Shown: positions 35,616-49,206, counted from the whole stretch's first letter. The stretch: DNA of 63,568 nucleotides, filler included, from Phoronis australis (GCA_002633005.1; 9 parts of 9 records of this genome joined end to end with filler, not necessarily neighbours in it); one strand, 5' to 3'. Numbers and translations: made by a program. Notes: generated by a model from the letters alone, not told the origin.

Positions 35616-38433
35616 CTAATCTCTGTCAACTGAGAATGAATTGCTGCAGCTAAAACCACGGCATTCTCCACGTGCAACCGAGTACGGCAATCCTAACTTC
35701 TTGCAAGTACATCTCTTGGAACTGCAATTGGTCACTACTTTCAGCAGGTTCTCTGGTGCTGCTGACTGGTCCGTCGTCATGGGAAGGAATTTTCCACCTG
35801 CCAGCATCCATCCCCGGTATAGCGAGTCTAGGCCCCTGCCACGGAAAATTGACGGCTCTTGCTCTTGATAATATGTCCCCGCAGCATGGAATTTAGCTAC
35901 TGAAAAAAGCTGGTGATAATGACTGTATTTGGACTGTGGCTAGTGTGACACCTCGTCCACAAATCGCTTGTATCGCAAGTCATCCAAATTTCCAGAGCCA
36001 GTACCGTCATGAAGCACAGATACAACTCTTACCAGCTTCAAATATGTCTTGCTTCAGCTGCATGTGTCGAGTGAATACTCTTACTAGAGTTTTTGTAGAA
36101 TTCTCGATCACGCAGTTTCTTGAATGGGAGAGCCTTTTGCGCAAGTTTCGGCACCAAGAGACAACTGTCGTTCCTTGATGTCCCAGACTCACCTCTTGCT
36201 TTGGTGCCTCTTGTCAAATTTGATGAACATTGGAATTTGTTGGGAAGTAGCTTGGTAACGCAAAAGAACCAACAAGTCTGTATCGACGGCAACAAGACTA
36301 GTTGGACCTTGTGCTGCGTTCTCTACTACTGTTTCTACAATTCAAACATCTTCGTCACCTTGAGTTTGTACCGCTAAGCAACCAGCATTTTCTAGCAAAC
36401 TTGACAAAAAGTGAATGACTCGTTGTTTGTTTTTGCTCTTTGCCAAAAATGTTCCTTTTTTACTTGATCACCATGTCACCATTGAAGTGAAATTCAGTTC
36501 CAACCACCCCACCCAGTCTTCGAACATGAGAGACATCTTTAGTTGATGATCCATCTCAGTAACAACAGTAGGCTGGGTGCACTTGCTGATGTAATCCACA
36601 TAAGCTCTACCAAATGACTGAAACGTTACACCTTATAGGCCATGGAATAGGGCGAAGGAGAGAACCGCCGTCAGTGACATGCATCACCGTGTTTTCTGGA
36701 AATTGAAATTCTCAGGTAGTTTCCAACTGGACCAGACTTCATCAGCTCATATTGATTCTGGGAAGACCAGATATATCAAAAAGAGCAGGGGAACCAATAC
36801 ACAGCTCAAACTTCAAAAGGCTTGATGAACTTTCACTGTTGTCTTTTGCAGCTGTCAGGACTCGCTGAAATAGCACTCGTGAATCCATTTGAGTAAAATT
36901 ACTATTAGGAGCATGAACCGATTGACTAGTCATTGCCACAACCTTCTCTTTCTTACTGAATGTGAAGTATTTCACACTTGACCCCTCCATAGACAAGCGA
37001 ACCGCCTCCCCACTTCTATGGCATTTCGGCAAAGACGCATGTGCCTGCAGTCACACCAGTGGCGATGTTTTATAATACTTCTCTTTAAAATGGGTTACTG
37101 TTGTGGAGGAATTCAACAAGGCTGCGGATGTCTTTGTTGTCAGGCGACTGTCTTGCCTGGGTACATCATTAATGCTCTTGTCTTGTTTCACAACTCAACT
37201 TTGTCAGAGTCTGCATGGCACCATTTATACTTCAGCCTGCCGGCAAGGAAAGTAGCCACGTTGCATTCTGTGTACAATGTATCTCCCATTTTGCAACCTC
37301 TAGTTAAACTTCCTGTTGTTTTAATACTTTTCATGAGCGTTTGTTCAATTACGAGATCATATCTCATCATGACAAGCCTGCCCAGAAGCTGTCACTTTGT
37401 CTTATGGTGTGTTGGCCGTAGACGTCTGGACAGTTGACGTCTTTGAGTTGCTACGTCTGCTGCAAGTATATGTGTGAAGATTTCGCATAAGAGTTGTGTC
37501 CAGCAGCTTCAAAGTAAGGCAGCATTTCAGAAACTGCTTTTAAGTGAAGCTCCGAATCAGGCGTTATCTTCATATACTGTAGCCAAAGACTAATGATTCG
37601 ACTTTGCCAGGACAAGTCTGATTTAATGTGCTTCGATGTTTTTATGGATACCCACAAGACATACATCGTCGCACACAGACGTCACACCAGCAATAAGATC
37701 ATTATACCGCTTGAGATCAGCTCTCAAGTTATCATGAAGAATATCATTGGCCATTGATTCTTCTGACGAACTATTCTCTGTCACTGCGAATTCTGAAAAC
37801 CTATACTCTGATTAAGCGGTGTTTGAATATACCAATGGCAGAAGGTCTGAAGCCAGAAGTGAACTCTAGAGAGGGCATTCCACTGTAATCCAAGGTTCAG
37901 AATCGGAAGACACTGACTGGGCATGGCATGCCCCAGAGGATACATCTAGTTATGTGATCAGTTGGAATGTCTGGGATGTCTGAAGAATCTTTCTCCATAT
38001 TCTGACGAGCCAAAATTTGTGTACAAGCATTGAACTGCTCCACTTCTTGGCATGAAATCTGTGTGTTCTGTGTTGGTGACATTCCGGACTCCTGGAATTT
38101 CTGAAGAACCTGAATTTCTTTCTTCGTAGGTTTTGGATTGGAGTTACTTGATCTGTCAATATTTGGAAGTGGGATGTTGAATGTTCTGGCTTTCATGATA
38201 GCATTCAATGGTGAGTCTACCAACATATGCCCCCTCACTGCTCTATCCACACTTTTTCCATTTAACATAAGGGTCACACTGTTCGATGCATGTACCGTCT
38301 CAAGAACTTCTTGAAGCCCTGTGCTTGACATTACGTATCCAATACATCCCAGAAAGCTCATCTCAGTATGAAATCTTCCAAGCTTGGCTAAGAAAAATTG
38401 ACTGCAGTTCACTGTCGTTTTGTTTGCTGGCAC
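35616..38433 (-). mobile_element. Decayed AcademX-type DNA transposon ORF (transposase + XPG/PIN-like + Cys-rich tail)
   Basis: In order: LGRFHTEMSFLGCIG..GLQEVL..GKSVDRAVRGH, LHL...MLPYFEAAGHNSYAK, DLVIEQTLMKSIK, FEL...PALFD, TDGG..IPWP, VDTDLLVLL, LDDLRYKRF, APENLL..CSSKRCTCKK.GL....GECRG.SCSN. Multiple frameshifts. Superfamily assigned from recalled domain order. Confidence 0.8.
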
Positions 38434-39234
38434 TAATTTCCTCTAAAATCACTTACCTATGTTCATAAAAAGCATGCATATTAAACAAATTGCGAGTCCT
38501 AACTATCAAAATTTAATTTATAACTCTTTGTTACACAATCCTATTTGATTTTCATCAAATTAAGGTGAAATCAACAGCCAAATTCTCAATACATGACAGC
38601 AGCAGACGAAATCGATGCTTGGAAACAACTAATAATATCTTCAACAGCAGAGAAAAAAGCCATTTCATTCCCAATTTTATTAAGAGTTTGTGTAAAGAAT
38701 AAGCCAATGACTCCACCAGAATAACAAATTTTTCTAACAAATATTATTTTTGATACCTCAAATCAATATGTTTTACCGAAAATAATTGAGTTTGTGAAAT
38801 TTATTATGAAAATTTAACTAAAGCCTTTTCTGAAAAAAAACAAGTTTTAGGTTTTATATTCTAAAATGTGACTAAAATTCCACATTTAGTATCTAAATCT
38901 TAAAAACAAATTAGAGAAACAATCAACAAATTAACCCTGACTGCAGATTGTAAAATGTTTTTGTGTAAATGCGTGTCAGGTTACAAACAAATTTTGCAGA
39001 ACGTAAATGCGGTAAACTCGGCTTTGGTGAATTGGCAGCCATTTTGGCGGCCATTTTGTCAGCCATCTTGATTTTTTCTCGCAAACCAGTGACCAATTGT
39101 AAGGTCCAGATATGTTCAATTGTCTAGCTTACAAAAGAATAAAACGTTTGCCATTTTCAGGACAAAATATAAAAGGAAATCTTGCAACATGTACCAAATT
39201 GCCGTTTTGGCCGCCATTTTGTCGGCAATGTGGT

Positions 39235-39983
39235 ATGCCTGTTATGATTAATCAGTTCAATTGCCCTCACAACGAATGTATTCGTTCAAACACTGATTGC
39301 TCAAGGTATGTTGGTTATACAACTTGCACTTTATCTCGCCGGTTATCTATGCATTTACAGAATGGATCAGTTCAAGATCACTTCCAAACACTCCACAAAC
39401 AGAAAATTTCTCGTTCAAATATTGTTGACAATACCATCGTCAGGTATTTCGAACGTGGCTCCTTTCGTTTGGAAATACTCGAAGCTTTAATAATAAAATC
39501 TGAAACTCCTGACATAAATTCCCAAGATACTGGGTTCCATCGTACCTTGTCGTTATATAAATAATGTCCATAAGTTGTAACACCTATGTATTTTATTAAA
39601 TTTTACAACGTTTCATAGTACATTAGTTTCCATGACAATTCCTTCTGTAATTGCGCTCTTATATATGCAACCTTATATTCGTGTTAAATGTCATTGTTCT
39701 TGTTTCATGTATCTTACACGACAGCGTTTATGATTTTTAAATTGATTTGCCTTTGATGACTGATGTATAGTCGAAGTACCGGTACTGTTTTATTATGAAA
39801 TGTTTTGTACAAAGTTTTATTATATATTTACTCATATACATGAATATGTGTTCGTGATGCCACTTACACTGGGAGATCTACTATATCAACTACCATCCGA
39901 TGAAAGACATTGTGTAGACACTATGAAAGTTTGTTGTACAAACTAATTAAAGCCAAGAACAGCTTACTTTTCAATGAAACATG

Positions 39984-40016
<33 letters not shown>
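39235..40016 (+). mobile_element. Penelope-like element: GIY-YIG 3' end, pseudo-LTR, restart of ORF N-terminus, (TA)n
   Basis: QFNCPHNEC...RYVGYTTCTLSRRLSMH...LEILEALIIKSETPDINSQ with stop at 39564. Then a degenerate hammerhead (~39749-39785), then MPLTLGDLL../RHYESLLYKLIKAKNSLLFNETC ending in (TA)n. Confidence 0.88.
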
Positions 40017-40018
<2 letters not shown>

Positions 40019-41161
40019 TGACCACGGAATCGTTGGTCTTAACATTAACGGCAGATTCTATTACGGTAACTGGAAACTGCCGAATTCCTATGGAGCGACA
40101 TATTGAAATCACGTGATTAGTTTGCCATTTCACTCATGTTAGATAAGCGCAAAGTCAGTACAGATGAGCAAACCATGTCAGTTCGTGAGCCTGCTTGTCT
40201 TGTTTATTCTGTAGCAATATACGAAGACTCGTAACTTTAAAAGGTTTTAAAAAAGTTCATTTCTTGTGAAGAACTTCTCAGTTACACTGGTGACCGCACT
40301 GATTCCCTAACCCCCAGACAACTTTTACGATGCTTATTCAGCACGCCTTTTGTATTGATGTAGATCTGAGCTAATGAAGTGGAAAGTTAATTGCTAGCAT
40401 TACTGTCTAAGCAATGGTTGTTGTTAGTACCCCCAATTCAATTTTGCAGAGTTATAGACTGCAACTCTGGAGAGTAGTTTTAACTTGATACATTATAAAT
40501 ATTACAAAATGACTAAAAAGTTAACTTGTTTTTATCTTCACAAAGGGCCACAAAGGAACGATAAGCTTCATATTCGTTTTCTTCATTTAATTTTTAATGC
40601 TTCTGCCTACTTGCCTTTTTTTTCTTACCGGGAACGGGCTGATAACTGATGCCTAAGTTTTGAACTTAAAGTACCAAAACAGTGGTAGATTTTTGATCGC
40701 CAGCTAAACTTAATTAGTTATGTTCATTGTGAACCCATCCCTAAACTTACCGCCTACACTAAACATTTCACGTGTCACTAAAGTTTAATCTTTATTAGAA
40801 CTCAAATCATAAAAGATATTCAAAAGTGCAAATATGGTGATAACCAAACTGAAGATTTTGAATCTCAGGACAATTTCGGTGGCACCGAATATATAACTAT
40901 TCTAGCTCTTTGTCAGTAATAAAAATGAAAAGTGGGCACAACAACTGTTTTCTGGTCAAAAATCTGGTTAAGCGAGATTGAAAGAGTATTAAAAATGAAT
41001 CCATGTGTTAACTCTGATCAGCGTTAGTATATCCACCGAGTATATCAATACCCGCGGTAGTTTATCTTCAGATTCCCCTGCTCTGTAAAATAGTCACCCG
41101 TTCGTTACGCAGTTACTCGCATAAACCAAAAACATTGTGCGCATTTACGCTCTGAGAGGGT

Positions 41162-44100
41162 GTCCAGTGCGTACTGCTAACGCTCCAGCACGTACAGTTA
41201 CTGCTTCAATCACACGTGTTCAGCCTTACGCTCCACTGCCATCAAACACGCACTATGATTGAGCACAGTTACGCTCTTCGATGTTTCTAGAACAAATTGT
41301 TAACAATCCAGCTCGTGGAGTTACTTGCTTCAACCACTCGATCGTTTAGCCTAACGCTACAAAAGCTATCGTACTTTTCTGCATAAAAGTACAGTATAAT
41401 CCCCAAAGGTACCCATCAGACACATACGCCAGGGGGTCTGAAAACAGTTGTGGGGTTGAATAGGAAATGAAATCTAAACCGTACCTGATATAAATTTCTA
41501 CCTGTGCTGGCATAGACTATGAATGTTATATTGATTCGTGAAGAAAATGTCCCAGGATCGAAATTTCCAGTTGGCTTACCAAACTGATTTCTTTGAAATA
41601 TACGCCTTAGGCCTTTATTCAGGAATCGGTAACGGTAGCGTAACACTACAAAACAGATATGGAGCCTCGTGAGAGATGCACGAAAAGAGTCAGGGTGAGT
41701 AGAATTTTCGGACTTTGAACTTTTTTACTTTTCACCGGCCTAATTACACCGTTGAACTACTGTAATGATGAACTGAATCGGACGATCCATCGCCAGACGT
41801 TCGCTTTTCGCCATGTCGCAGCACCCCGGACGCATCCTTTAAATGCAGCGCTGTTTCAAAAATGCGAAGATTCTGGTCAACTAATAGCACGTCGGTGAAA
41901 ACATGACTTAATTTTGATTGCCTTTGGGATTTCCGATTCATATTCTACCAGCTTAATTAAATTAAGTCTGCTGGGTACATCGTTTTTAAAAAAGGCATAC
42001 TTTTCATCATAAGGTGTGTCCAAAGGGCACAGGTTCAAACCTAGTCTAGTATATCCCCTGGGATTATGAGGTAAACTGAAAACCAGTTAATAAATGTAAC
42101 CCCAACTGAGTGGTGCTGTTCAAAGTGTATATTATTAATTTGTTAGAGCAGCTGTGATTGTTCTAATGTCTTTGAGAATTTGAATACATTTCAACCACAA
42201 TATACATTTAATATTTTCATGCTTGGATTTGTTGTCTAGTTGTTTTGTTTATAATCATTTATTTGCATTTGGATTTTTATGTCACTAACTCTGAAAGTTT
42301 TGATTCTATCTTTTAGACATGGGTTAACAACTACAGAAAAAATATGTGAAAAACACACGAGAGACGGAAAACGGTTTATTTGAAAGGGAAGAGTGGATAC
42401 AACCAATTCTGTCTTGAAAAGGGTGTATTCTGAGTGCTTTTTGTCCAGTTTGCTTCTGAATTACACTTTGAATTTCATATATGCATTTCTTTACTAAAAT
42501 GAACACATTCTCGTTATCTTGTTGGTAAATAATACATAACAGCATTATTAGTTAAGCAACTCCCACTTGTTAGGGTGACTTTAAGTTCTTTCTCTACAGA
42601 ATACTCTGCTAAAACTGCTACACCCTACATTGGCAAGTACATAAGATGAAGGGCACTTAATGAAACTGGAAGGCTGATGTATTTATTCCTAATGCATTAT
42701 TTTATCATTTTCATATTTGATCAACAGTTGCTAATGTTGGGGCTGGAAAGTTCAACCTGTAGGGGAAAGAATGGAAAAAAAAACTTTCCATAGATGAGAA
42801 GATGAAGTACAAAAAAAAATACTCTGTCACTCTGTCCCCACGCTCAAGGAACAAGCTTATGAAAATTTTTACCCAAACAGGGAGTTTGAGTATTTATTTC
42901 GTACTAACTTGTATTCTTAATCATGAACAAGCAATTGACAATCTAGTCCTGTCTGCATTGTATCAATCCTTTTGATTATAATCAGTCTTGAAGAAAATTA
43001 GAATATTGAGAACATTTTTTAATTTCAAGTTGAAGACCTGTCGAAATTTGGCGGGACTCTTCTGCCGATAAGGTGAACAGCTTTGAGAAGGCAGCACTGA
43101 CATAGTTCTTTGACAATGTCGTGATGGCAGATTTCTATTTGCATGCAACAAAAGGTGAGTGAATCACAGCTTGTTGTATGCAAATTGTGTTTGTTGACCC
43201 TTATCCTGCTAACTGTTCACAATACTTTCCCTGTGTGCTGAGCTAAGTAGGTCACCACTTGTCAGAATAAATATTGATTAAGTAATTAGTAAGAATAGAT
43301 CCATTTTAAGTTGCCCAAAATTTGTGCATATGTACTTTTAAATCATGGGGTCAGACTTGTTGACATGTATTTTAACGTCAAAATCTATTTTTAGATGGTG
43401 TTTACAAGGTTAACGAACCGGAAGTTAACTAAGAGCTTGTCACTTGCATTGTGGGTAGTAAGATACTACCTGAAGTGTTGCGTCATCAGCCAGAGACTGT
43501 GACCAGCAAGAAGAGTCGCGGGTAGAAGAAATTGCCTGCAAGTGTTGCATCACCAGAGACGGTGACCAGCAAGTACACTGTCGCTATACAGTGCGTGTAG
43601 TTCGAAGATTCACCAACAGGACAGACATCCAACAAGTGGAGAGTCCTAGCTTGGACAGCAGATAAGACATTTGATCGTTTGGTTGTTTGGTTAAAGTAAT
43701 CTTTTAAGAGGGCGCTAGCGTAGTTTCTCTTTGTAGTTGATTACTTAATTAACGATAGGTTTCATTTGTCTAATTAGGGGTTATCATATAATAAATTAAT
43801 TACTGGATTTCATTATTCACTCTCCATCTACGCACAACTTCAAAGCATAGCTACCTTTTAAACAAACCCACACAGACTATCGTCTGACACCACTGCTCCT
43901 GTACACTAAGCTGTTATGAAGGTCACCCAGACAAATGACCTAGCAATTTTAAATTGGAAATTTGAAGGGGAAATGTTAATTTTACAGAAAAAAAGCCCAC
44001 ATAAAAGTTGTCCAGAATTTAATGGAAATTTTCATCATATTATTTTAATTTTTCTGGAGAAATAATCATACATTAATTTGTCATATTTGATTCAATAAAC

Positions 44101-45435
44101 AGTCAGTCAGTATCAAGACATCTATGCAAATGAAAGTCATGAGGGTGGAATTATGTCGTCTGCTAAATGATCTGTACTGTAATTACAATATATCATTGCA
44201 AAAGCTTCATCGTTGTAAATTAATGGGAGAATCAATAACGATAAACCTGTGCTCTATATAACAAATCCTGCTCCACTGTTTTGGTTTCCTACTTCATCCA
44301 TCACATCTATGCACCCTCCTATTTATATTCCCGTTTTCATTTGGAGATGTGTTCCTGATAAAAAGATCGAGACTGACATTTACTTTCCGTCTTAAACTAC
44401 TATGGCCTCCGTAGTGCCTTCTTTTTTTGCGTCCATGGCTGCACCGCTGCAAGGCCATCCTGAAATTAAACAGGTGTGTTCCTAAGGACATAGCAACTGA
44501 TGATGCCATTTCAGACAAATCTAACTACAGCTGTGCTCCATAGTGTCATTTTATTTTTTTTTACTTTTGCATCTATAACTTCAGTTCCTTGATATTTTTC
44601 ATGAAATTGGCCCAAACAATTTTCTACTTTGAAGACCACAGGATCTTATTTGTGATGAATTCGACGTATTTTGCATCAATTAGTGGCTATTTTTAATCTG
44701 TTTTTTTTGTCTGTTGCTTCTGTATCTGTCAAATGACAGCGGTTAAATATATACGACTACTACTGTTGCTCCTAACTGCAGCTTTTTCACGTTTACCTTT
44801 GTATCTTTGTAGTTCTTTAAGGGATTTACGTAATACTTGAAAAATAACTTTGAAAGACGATGTTGGTGTGCTAGCAGTGAAAGGCATTCTGTTCGGATAG
44901 GACCGATGAATGCCTGAAACAGTTCGAGAAGAGAAAGCGGTCCAAGGATAATACTAGTCTAATGAAGGATAATATAGTTTATATCACAATACTAGCGTCA
45001 AATGGAAGATACAACCGTGTAATAACCCATAAAGTTATCTCACTAATGAGATAACGATTTGGCGGGAAACCGATGAACCGGGACCCTAAAATTGCTGGTC
45101 GCCGACTTTACCTCTACATCATACAGCGACTGTCGTCATCAAGAGTTAAAATAAAATACTTAAATGAGCACGCGCAATAATCGCATGCTCAACAAACCGC
45201 ATTGCACTGTACTTATACGCTACGAGAAATAAGACACCTAATTTCCATAAAAATATCTTAATTCAGTGAAATTTTTCTCTCGTGTCCTCTTACTTGTAAA
45301 TCACCGATCTCCAGTTTGAATGCGGGTATCGCGTTGTCAGGATCTTTGACTTGAGAATTAGTGGAGCGTAAGGCTGAACACGTGTGATTGAAGCAGTAAC
45401 TGTACGTGCTGGAGCGTTAGCAGTACGCACTGGAC
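41162..45435. repeat. Perfect 76-bp inverted repeat pair (41162-41237 and 45360-45435)
   Basis: Base-by-base identical reverse complements. The second copy ends exactly at the contig edge. Confidence 0.92.
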
Positions 45436-45848
45436 NNNNNNNNNNNNNNNNNNNNNNNNNNNNNNNNNNNNNNNNNNNNTTAATTAATTAANNNNNNNNN
45501 NNNNNNNNNNNNNNNNNNNNNNNNNNNNNNNNNNNCACAATAGACTTGTTTGTCAAGGTAATAGAATGTGATTCTAGATCAGATCGTAATGTTGGAAATT
45601 TCTTGGTTTTAACAGTCCAGGGGAATGGTTCAAAATGCTTCTACTGTGATAAAATCTATAGTTTAGTAGATATGTGGCTAAGTACGCAGACTTGTGGATG
45701 AGGTTCTACATGGCCTTAAATGTAGATGGAAACTGACTATATCATTATTGTTCTTGTGCTAGTTTTAAAGTAGTTTGGGTGTTAACAGTAAAAGGAATTT
45801 GTCTCCTGTCGCTGGTTCCGTTGCTCATGGTTGACTGGTTTGTTTCAG

Positions 45849-45947
45849 GCCAAACAGAGGTCGCCGGCAGCAGTGGGCCATATCACGGATCTCATAAAAC
45901 AGCTACTCATCATTGTCTCCCGTCCAGCCCGCCTGTTGGAGTGCCTG
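45849..45947 (+). CDS. MAST: MAST-family kinase exon (DUF1908 region)
   Basis: tttcag|AKQRSPAAVGHITDLIKQLLIIVSRPARLLECL|gtagga; RPARLLECL is a MAST signature. Confidence 0.93.
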
Positions 45948-46368
45948 GTAGGATAGTGTCACTTGGCTATTGCCGGTGATTTGGAATTAGTTAATTATTT
46001 GCTTAAAGTAAAACCTTGCTTGTAACATCGCATGGTAATGTTCCAATCCACATGTACCAAAGTCAGCTGTGTTGTACACACACTGGTTGGGTTGCAGGGA
46101 ACTTTGAGGTTACAGTGAATGTTTTAGAAGAGTCCCCTGAAGGTTTGTTATAACAGGTTACGACTGTACCAACTAAAAAGCGTTTTCGATATTTCTGTAT
46201 CACTCATTTAATAAGGCTGTGCACTTGGATGGCTGATAGAAATTTTGTCTAACAAATGTAGTGCACCACTCGGAGTTAAGGTGTCGTGTGGATGGCGATT
46301 GAATGCCGTTCCGCTTTTTTACAATTAGTTTTACCCGAAGTGCAGCCCAATTCCTTTTAATTTTGCAG

Positions 46369-46498
46369 GAATTTGACCCTGAGGAATTCTACCATTTACT
46401 AGAAGCAGCTGAAGGGCAGGCCAAGCAGATCATTAAGACTGACGATGTTCCACAATATATTATAACACAGCTGGGGCTGGACAAAGATCCCTTGCAAG
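46369..46498 (+). CDS. MAST: MAST-family kinase exon (DUF1908 C-terminal)
   Basis: ttgcag|[43 protein letters not shown]|gtgggc, in frame with the previous exon. Confidence 0.95.
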
Positions 46499-47080
46499 GT
46501 GGGCTAACTTCAAGTCTCCTGTTGTGTCATTTTGAAGCAGAAGTCAAATTGAAACTGAAATATAACGATTTTTCAGTGGACGGTCAAAAAAACTATCGTT
46601 AAACTCCAGTTTGGAAAAAAACCTCTATGATGACTCACATTTTTTTTGCTAATGTATTAAACAATTTTTTGAATCGAGATTGTAGCTCGTTTCTTCAGAG
46701 ATTCTGTGCTCAGTTGTTATTAAGATGGTTGCAGACATTTGACTTCCAGTACTTTTTACTGAAAAGCTTGGCAACTTAAGATTAACTAGCATAAACCATT
46801 GACAATGATTGTTTAATAGTTAAATTAACTGATGTTTGCTGTAGATATGACTGTGTACTTTTTTTTAAAGCTCAAGACAAGTCATTTGACTAAGGCAAGA
46901 GCAATGAATTTAAAGGGTCTCACTGTTAGGCAAACAAATATGCGCGACTAACTACTAAATGAGAAAGGCTCAAGAACTTGACAAAATGCAATGGGCCCTC
47001 AAACGTGTTATTGCATTATTCATCATTTTTATTCATTGTGAATTTCACATTATATGAAGATGTAATGTGGTAAACTTTCA

Positions 47081-47920
47081 GGGCTGTTCCAGTAAAATCC
47101 GTGTGGGAGGGGGGGGGACGGCAGTAGAAATAAAAATTCATGGGTGGTGGTCTTCANGAAAAAAAACTCAAATTATGGGTGGTCGTTCCTGTAAGAAGTG
47201 ATGTATTAAAAATGGGTGGTATTTTTTGATCTGTTAACGTTGACAGGTTGGTTAATTCAGCCAACACATCTCCAAAGAAATCAAAACTCAAAAAATGCGA
47301 TTGGCATATATCCCAACTTATCACAATTCAAAAAAGCCCATATTGCCAGTGAACAGAGTGCAATATGTTCACTAAGCCATTAATCAAGTCATGGGCAACT
47401 TGATTTGAGCCAAGTGCTTGTCTGCAGTCCTATTGAATTGAAAAGCTATGCAACACTAAACTGGTGTTAACACATATAAGAAAATTGATGATTTTTAAAT
47501 AAAAAGTATGAGGAGTAAGATAAACAAGTTCCAATATTCACTTGACGTAGAAGTATAAAAGGGTTTGTGGAGACAGTTTGAGATTCATAGATCCTTATAA
47601 TTGAAAAAATGTTCATTGAAATTATAGACACCTGGTGAACAGAGACACCTGGTGGCTGCCAAAAGTATTGTTCACAGGCTACTTTAATTTTTGACAATAT
47701 TGGACAAGACAACTAGTTCTTGTCTGTCAATCATCTAAGTTCTTAACATGTCCTCCTGGAGGCAATTTGTTTGCAAGTGTTGGATTTTATATTTTAACCT
47801 ATTAAAAATAATTAAAAAATTATGGGTCATGGATTGGAGAAATAAATGAAAAATATGGGCGGTGGGTACGAAATAAAAGTGCCTTCCCCCCCTCCCATAC
47901 AGATTTTGCTGGAACAGCCC
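47081..47920. mobile_element. 840-bp PIF/Harbinger-type MITE, plus an extra copy of its right end at 47998-48069
   Basis: TIR GGGCTGTTCCAGYAAAATCYGTRTGGGAGGGGGG with TCA/TTA flanks. A close inverted-orientation copy lies at 56003-56843. Confidence 0.9.
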
Positions 47921-48255
47921 TTATTGATTTTGTACTTGATTGTTCAGTGCACTTAATTATGTTTTGTACCAGATGTTTTATCACTTTGATTTTTGANAAA
48001 ATATGGGCGGTGGGTACGAAATAAAAGTGCCTTCCCCCCCCTCCCATACAGATTTTGCTGGAACAGCCCTTAGGTGTTTTAAGATCATCATTTGGGAATA
48101 AGTTTGTCTCCAGATCCATTGTTTATGAAGTTTTAAGTGAAAACTAAGTATATTTAAAACGCATTGTGACATGCATTATTTTAAAATTTGAAAAACCATG
48201 GATATTTTGTCACTTAGCTTATGTTCAAGTCGAGCACTGATGGTTTGTTTTCCAG

Positions 48256-48369
48256 CGGTTCATCATCATCCTGAGTAATCACCTGGCCAGTTGTGAGACT
48301 GAAGGGCGGGACTATAACACACCTTGGTACAAGTGGGTCATTGAAAGGCTGCAGCAGGTGTTCTTAATG
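48256..48369 (+). CDS. NCBP1: Nuclear cap-binding protein subunit 1 (CBP80), penultimate exon
   Basis: ttccag|[38 protein letters not shown]|gtcagt matches the CBP80 C-terminus. Confidence 0.93.
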
Positions 48370-49092
48370 GTCAGTAGCTTGTCAGTCATTTCGGTACAGC
48401 TCCACCCTTTGACCATGCATGGTGGCCACACAGGGAAAACCTGACATCTACCGAAGTCTTTTGAGAGGTGTTGTTCAAGAAGATTGCTGGTGCACAGTAT
48501 CCCTTATTAATTAAGAATGCTGGACTTGGGCTAACACTGCTTTGCCTGACATGTTCATTACCAATGTGGAAAGAGACTCCAATTAACACCCGAGACTATT
48601 TTTTAAGGTCATTTCTGAGACTGCAAATCTATAAAAACTTGCAATTTTTGAACATTTACCACAAAACAGATTTAAAATTTTGATAATTTAGTGTCTAGTT
48701 GACCTGATTGTTATATGCGAAGGCTTGGAGAAAAATGAAACAAATGGTTCATTTTACTAGAATGAGTCTTATCATTTGAAGATATTGCCAAAACATCCCT
48801 ATTTGAATATGCATTCTTTAACATTGAGTTCACAGGAAATGAAGTTCATTTTTTTCGTGCTGTGGCAGCCATTTTGGTAGACATGTGTGCCTTAAAAATT
48901 TTTACCTTAGAGAAATCATTGTTAAATTCCATTGTTTAAAAAATGTTATCAAAATAGCGTGCAAATAAGCTTAGAATAAATGGATTCAGGTTTGAAGTTG
49001 GCAACTGTAATTAATTTCGACAACTACTCGTAATCATTGGTAAATACGTTTAGGAATGTGAACAAATAATGATCGTCTTCTTTTGTTTGCAG

Positions 49093-49206
49093 CACAATGA
49101 ACAAGTGTTCAAGTACATCAGCACCTTGGAGTCTTTGCTGTTCACCAGTGACATAGACATTCACATACTGGAAGTATTCCAGCACTTCTGTGCACTACGC
49201 TCCTAG
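49093..49206 (+). CDS. NCBP1: NCBP1 last coding exon
   Basis: ttgcag|[37 protein letters not shown], in frame with the previous exon. Confidence 0.95.
   Translation, partial: HNEQVFKYISTLESLLFTSDIDIHILEVFQHFCALRS

Noticed and set aside
45040-45115. tRNA-like A/B-box pattern on the minus strand
   Set aside because: No cloverleaf can be formed; at most a decayed SINE head.
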